Shown here: positions 58,680-64,000 of the stretch, piece after piece | Layout: every line of letters starts with the position of its first letter | Numbering within the stretch: the stretch's first letter is position 1 | Assembly: GCF_009914755.1 (NCBI RefSeq) | Contig: NC_060927.1 | Direction: 5' to 3' (one strand) | Source: the human T2T-CHM13v2.0 reference genome, Homo sapiens | DNA length: 64,000 nt | Made by a program: the position numbers and the translations under genes | The notes under the pieces: model-generated | The model's input: only the letters and a program-made list of their open reading frames with translations | The model's database searches: none | What the model was told of the DNA's origin: nothing

Positions 58680-61600
58680 AAAAACCTTGCTAACTTCGTT
58701 TTGAACTAAGAACTAGAGCTCTCGGGTGGCGTTGTGGGTAGTCTACTGCACCTCTACAGAGGTGCTTCCTGTGTTCTCTTTGTTCCCCCTTGCCCTTCCT
58801 CTACTCAAATAAACAACATTAAGCAAATAAACAGAAAAACCAAAGTGTTTCCTCTTTAATAAAGGGATTCAAGGCCACCAATTTAGTTTGCACACACAGT
58901 GCACTTCCCACCTCCAGAGGTCACCAAACATGAGGACTACCTTGCTATTGGTGCTCCTTGGAGCAGTGCAGTGTGGTAGTTCCAGGAACCTTCCATTGTA
59001 TCACTTGTCTTAAAATAATAGGGACCCAACTCTGCCCTAGGATGTACCAAGATGATGCTTTGGGGGCACTTATAGTCCAGCCTTACTATGCAGGTTGCTT
59101 TTAGCTTGGCCCTAGTCCGCGAGGTGGGGTCAAAGCAGCACCTAGAACCTTCTCATACTGCAGATAATACACACCTGCATATGCTTTCTTCTTTCGGGTG
59201 CTTTGGCTCTACAAATTTGTGAACTTGAGCTGTCTATAAGATGAGAGTTATTTAACATCATAAATGTTTCTCTCTCTTTAAAAAGAGGAACAGCTTTGTA
59301 TAAAGATCAACTTTAAGAATATATGATGTCATTATGGTATTGGTTTGCTGAAAGCCTAATAATTGGATTATATTGTGGGTTGTCATTAAGTAGAACTTCA
59401 CTGTAGATTATAGGAGAGGCTTAACTTGAGTCACAGAGCATTTTGTGGGTTTGTTTTCTCCCCAGAGAGCCAGGCCACCCTCTTGTGTGAAGTAGTTGTT
59501 TTTTTCTTGGAGTTACGTACAAGGATGTACCATGTCTGCCTTTGCTGTTTTTATTCCAATGAATAAGAAAAGCTGCTTTTTAATCTGTTTAATTCATTTT
59601 CACAGATCAGTGCATTTGCAAAAGTGGAGAGCAGAGACATGAGGTGAAATGGGGAGCCCTGACAAAAGCAATCGGCAAAGGCACAATTTACAATAAATGA
59701 GAATCTTGGAATTCTATTGCCAAATTATGCACACCTTTCCAGAAAGAGCAAGTCACAGCAGATCAGATAACTGGCTCACAATTAGCACTGACAAAGAGCA
59801 GAATTGCACCCTGTCCTGTTCCTTTTATTTGTTTCCTGTGGGTGTCCATGATGGAGAAGCCTCTGGGAAATTGTGAGGGGATTAGTTTGATTGGAAAGAA
59901 GGGGAGAGAAGGAGCTGACGTACAGGGAGGAGGGCCTGCATCATTTAGACCCTTTCCAGGGCTCACTCCTCTGTTGCCTGGAGGCTGAAAGTCTGTTGGA
60001 TCTTTCAAAGCCAGGAGGGGCTATAAAATCACCTCAGTTGGACCCAAATGAATTAAAATGACCAGTTAACTCCCTTTGAGGACTTTTGACCAAAAAAGGG
60101 GCTCAAGGCCTGGCCCACACAAGTTAAGAATACTCCATTGAAAAAGGAAGAAAATCTCAGTATATAGTCCTCATATTTTTGCACTTGAGGGTTCAAATAA
60201 TGATAATACAACCAAATCCTGAATGACTCAAAGATGTTCATATAACCACATAAATGTGTATTTTTGGGAACTGGGCATAATGTTAATATGTGAAATTGTG
60301 GCTAATCCAATGTTCCAATTCTGGCCTTGGATCTCTGCCTCTGTGTCCCTTTGGGCTTCCGCCTGGCTCCATTCTGCCTCCCTTCATTCCTGGCACAACT
60401 CTATTGTTTTCTAGTCCAGAACTTGATGTGGTCCTTGCAAATCAGAGAGCCAGATGGACAGGGAAGGAGGTAATATTGAGCCATCTCATTTGTCCTCACA
60501 GCATCCGTTTGAGGTAGAGAAGGACAGGAATTAAAAATGACATTATAGATAGACACACTGAAGCCCTGAGAAATCAAGTGCCAAGATGGTGGTGACTGGA
60601 GATGAAAACCTAAGGCTTCTAACAGCCAGCCTGAGACTCTCAGACTACATGAAGCTGCTAGCATACAACAGGAAAACAGTAAAGCTCGGTTAATAGTTTT
60701 CTTAAAATAATCAGTAGACCACATCCTAGCTAAACATAATGGGAAAATAGAGAATATTTCTCTCTCTTTGTTGCATTTTTCAAGCTAGATTTTCTTTTTT
60801 ACATCCCCTGCCTGGTCAAAAGCATCTGGAAAAGCAGCCAAGCCAGTGCCCACTGTTTCCCTTTTGTTCTCACAAAATAGAATTGCAAACTGAGATTATG
60901 CATACAACCTCCTGAGAGTGCAACTGTCCATCCCTGAAGCTGTCTCTCAGCACTGAGCCAGCCCAGTCGGCACCACTGGGCACCAGGCTCTGCCAGGGAA
61001 GGGTTTCAATACAAACATCAGGCAATGTGGGCTGCCAACCCAGGCTTCATCACTAAGTGCTGTCCACGTGTTCTGTAGAGACTTCTATGGAGGGGGCTAT
61101 TTTCTTCTAGAAATATTGCTGGTAAAAAAGAGTCAATACCAGGACTTTAGTATCCTTGTGTAGCTCATGTCTATTTCAATGCTCTTGGATTTCTTCCTCC
61201 CAATTGTTATTGTCTCTCCTAGAAGCTTCCTACATTGAACCTTGATGACAGAAAATTGTAATGGAAAGAAAAATCTCTGGCCTGAGAGCTCTAAGACCTG
61301 GGTTCTTTTTAATGTATCTACGAACACATTCTATTGCTAGGCCATTTATCTGGCAGTATGATCTGTCCTAGGGAAATTTTATTCTTAATTAAAAACATTG
61401 GTTTTAACCTCAAGGAACTTCCAATCTAATTTAAAGAGACAAGGCGTATGTAATTGTTCCTTAGTTAAAAAATTAATATTTGCAAAATGACTGTTGGTGG
61501 TCTAAGGGTTGCTTTTGTCTACCAAGTTAATTCAATTTCAGTGATTTTTTTAATTTATTGTTTACCCTTACTGAATTGCCTTGTTTTAATCTTTGTGGTA

Positions 61601-63565
61601 CAGCCATTGCCAGCTGTAGACTTTCAGTGCTGAAGGTACTTGGAGTTCAGCTCTTTCTTTTTGCAGACAAGGGCACTCAGATCCAGAGACATCAATGCTC
61701 TTGCAAGTGTATAAGACACATCCTCTTCCAAATGTATAAAAAACTCACCTGCATCTAATAAGTCATAGTTACTGACTGAACAAGGATGCAAAATACTGAA
61801 TTGCTTTCGGGCAGCCATGTCTACAAAAGAGAAAATACATTATTTTGTTCCTATAAATGTAGTATAATGCATCTCCAGTAGATAATTAGAAATTTTAATA
61901 TATAGTAATAATCTGGAAAAGATAAATTTTAAAGAAATACCAGTTATGTCTGTGCAGACAGCATAACTGTTCACTTTCAATAAACATATGATGAAAGTAC
62001 ATAAAATGCCCCCATTCTTCTGTGAAATTATGTATGCAAATGCATCTTATACACCAAAAAATAATTGCAGTAACCTTTTAAATCTCATATAACCAAAGTG
62101 GCCTTTGCAAACACTCCTTGCCCCTTCAGAAATAATCACTTGTAAACAATACTCAGAATTAACAGGATTTCAAAGTTTTTTTCCTCTATTACTAAAAAAA
62201 AGCCATTGCAGAGAGGGCAAGGAGCTGGTGGGTGGGGAGTGGGAAGTCTCAGAGTTAAGCGCTACTGCTGCCAGAATTCCACACCCAGTGGCTGGTTAGT
62301 GACTCAATGTTGAGGGCAATTGAGACAGAATCTCAGCTGGTGCTAAAAAAAAAAAAAAGGAGTGCAAATCTGCTCTCAGCAAGTAACAGCCTCCATTTTA
62401 ACTTGGACCAACTGGGTGGAACTGCCCTTCCTTCCTAACCCACACAGTCCTCTGCTACACTTGACTTTCTTTTTATTCTGAATTTACCAGTGAAAAACAC
62501 AGATGGGGGCTGGGAAGCACAGTGGGAACTGCCCCAGGCTGCACTCCAGGCCCCAGACCTGAATGGGAACTATGTCATTAGTCCATACATTGCTCTCTGG
62601 GTTTTCCTTGGCTTGTAAAGTACTTTTTGACTTATATACATTAAAAACAAAAAACAAAAAAACAGCTTGGTGTTGAATTGGGCAGCAGACCTGTCTGTTT
62701 GCTCAGCTTGATCTAAATTGGCTTTTGGTTGAAACTTCAGGTGGCTTTTCAGTTTGTCTATGCGCCTCACCCTCCAGGAAGACAACTTAGCCCCTATTTA
62801 GCATTTTTGCTGACAGAGAACCAGCAGGCTTGCTGTTTGAACCTACATTTGAATGTACTATTTGGCCAAAAAAATTAGAAAAAAATCACTCCTTTTAGAT
62901 TTGTTGGATTTGGTTGCTTTATTTTTGGCCCAAATGCTCCTCTGTCATATTGTTTTACATTTCTCTGTAATTCACTCTTTTGTGGCTCTTTCAGCAGAAT
63001 TCTCTCTGCATTGTCAGCTTTTATGAACAAATGGGAGACAGTTTGAATTATGAATAGAGTGTTCATCCATCACAATCCAGTGACAGGCAACACCTATAGA
63101 CTGTCCACAGCACACAGATACTACCTCCATGGAAGACTGATTTTAAAAACAAAATTATCCCTTAATCTCTTAAATCAATCAAACCTTCACACTTAGTAGT
63201 TAGTGTGTCAATGATGAACATATGTATCCTCCTAACAAAGTAATAATCATTACAGTGCAGGTGCAATATTATATATTAATATCATCAGTTCAAAACTTTA
63301 CACAGTGTATTAAGGAGAAAAAAATAGAAAACTAGCTTTCTTTTCTATGTTAATTTCAAACAACATTTTTCTTTAAAATTAATTTTGGGATTCTGTATTT
63401 GACTTAATGTAAATTAAAAAAATTTGGGATAACTTAGAGGTTCATAAAAATTGCCCTTTACAAAATTGCTGGGGTAGTTATGGTTGTATACTGATCTAGC
63501 TTAGAATTTATGAGGGAAACCAAGTGGAATGAGTGGATGGACAGACACAATTAAAGAATTACTGC

Positions 63566-63899
63566 TGTTAAAGGAAAATTAGAGCTTGACAATGAAGTGG
63601 CCCAAACAGGTTTTATTCAGGAACTATTGTAATAGGAGAAAAGAGATCTCAGTAGAGAACTGGGCTCAATTTTGAATACAGCTTGGACAAGTGGGGATTT
63701 ATAGCCAAGAAGCAGGGTAGGGGTGAGTGGATGGAAAATACTATTAGGAAACAGCAGCGGTAGGGAGGGTTTTGGTTAAACAGACCTACAAGGATTCTTG
63801 CTGAAGGCAGGCTAGGGTGATCAGGGTGGGGGATAAGGAATCTGAAAAGATGCTGAGAATGATCAGAGATCACAGGTGGAGAATTCTCTCTAAACTGAC
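63566..63899 (-). mobile_element. MER31-like ERV1 LTR (partial, interrupted)
   Basis: ttttattcaggaactattgtaatagg...gggatttatagccaag...ggattcttgctgaaggc. Confidence 0.7.
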
Positions 63900-64000
63900 C
63901 ATGATGGTTAATATTGAGTGTCAACTTGATTGGATCGAAGGATGCAAAGTATTGTTCCTAGGTGTTTCTGTGAGGGTGTTGCCAAAGGAGATTAACATTT
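63900..64000 (+). mobile_element. MLT2A2 (HERV-L) LTR 5' part, runs off the window
   Basis: atgatggttaatattgagtgtcaacttgattgg...gatgcaaagtattgttcc...gttgccaaaggagattaacattt. Confidence 0.85.

Overview
Primate (human-like) AT-rich, CpG-poor non-coding DNA, either intergenic or deep intronic. I cannot support any intact protein-coding exon; most supplied ORFs come from Alu, L1 or LTR sequence, or are chance ORFs. Repeats dominate: about 24 Alus, L1PA/L1PB/L1M pieces, many L2/MIR fossils, solo LTRs (LTR53, THE1D, LTR1/27/28-type, MER50, MLT2A1, MLT1 types), a two-LTR MST MaLR provirus and several hAT elements. Notable structure: (1) an L1PB insertion with an apparent 3' transduction inside a 13-bp TSD; (2) a 191-bp direct duplication bracketing a 469-bp unrelated spacer; (3) a hAT-Blackjack fossil with readable transposase motifs, invaded by Alus, an Alu-L1 chimera and a tailless 7SK retrocopy; (4) a possible processed pseudogene of unidentified parent; (5) template-switch-like hairpins, a (TG)7(CG)8(TG)4 Z-DNA tract and a close inverted AluY pair sharing non-consensus variants. 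Family names are recalled from consensus sequences, not database searches. I found no convincing evidence of a new biological system.
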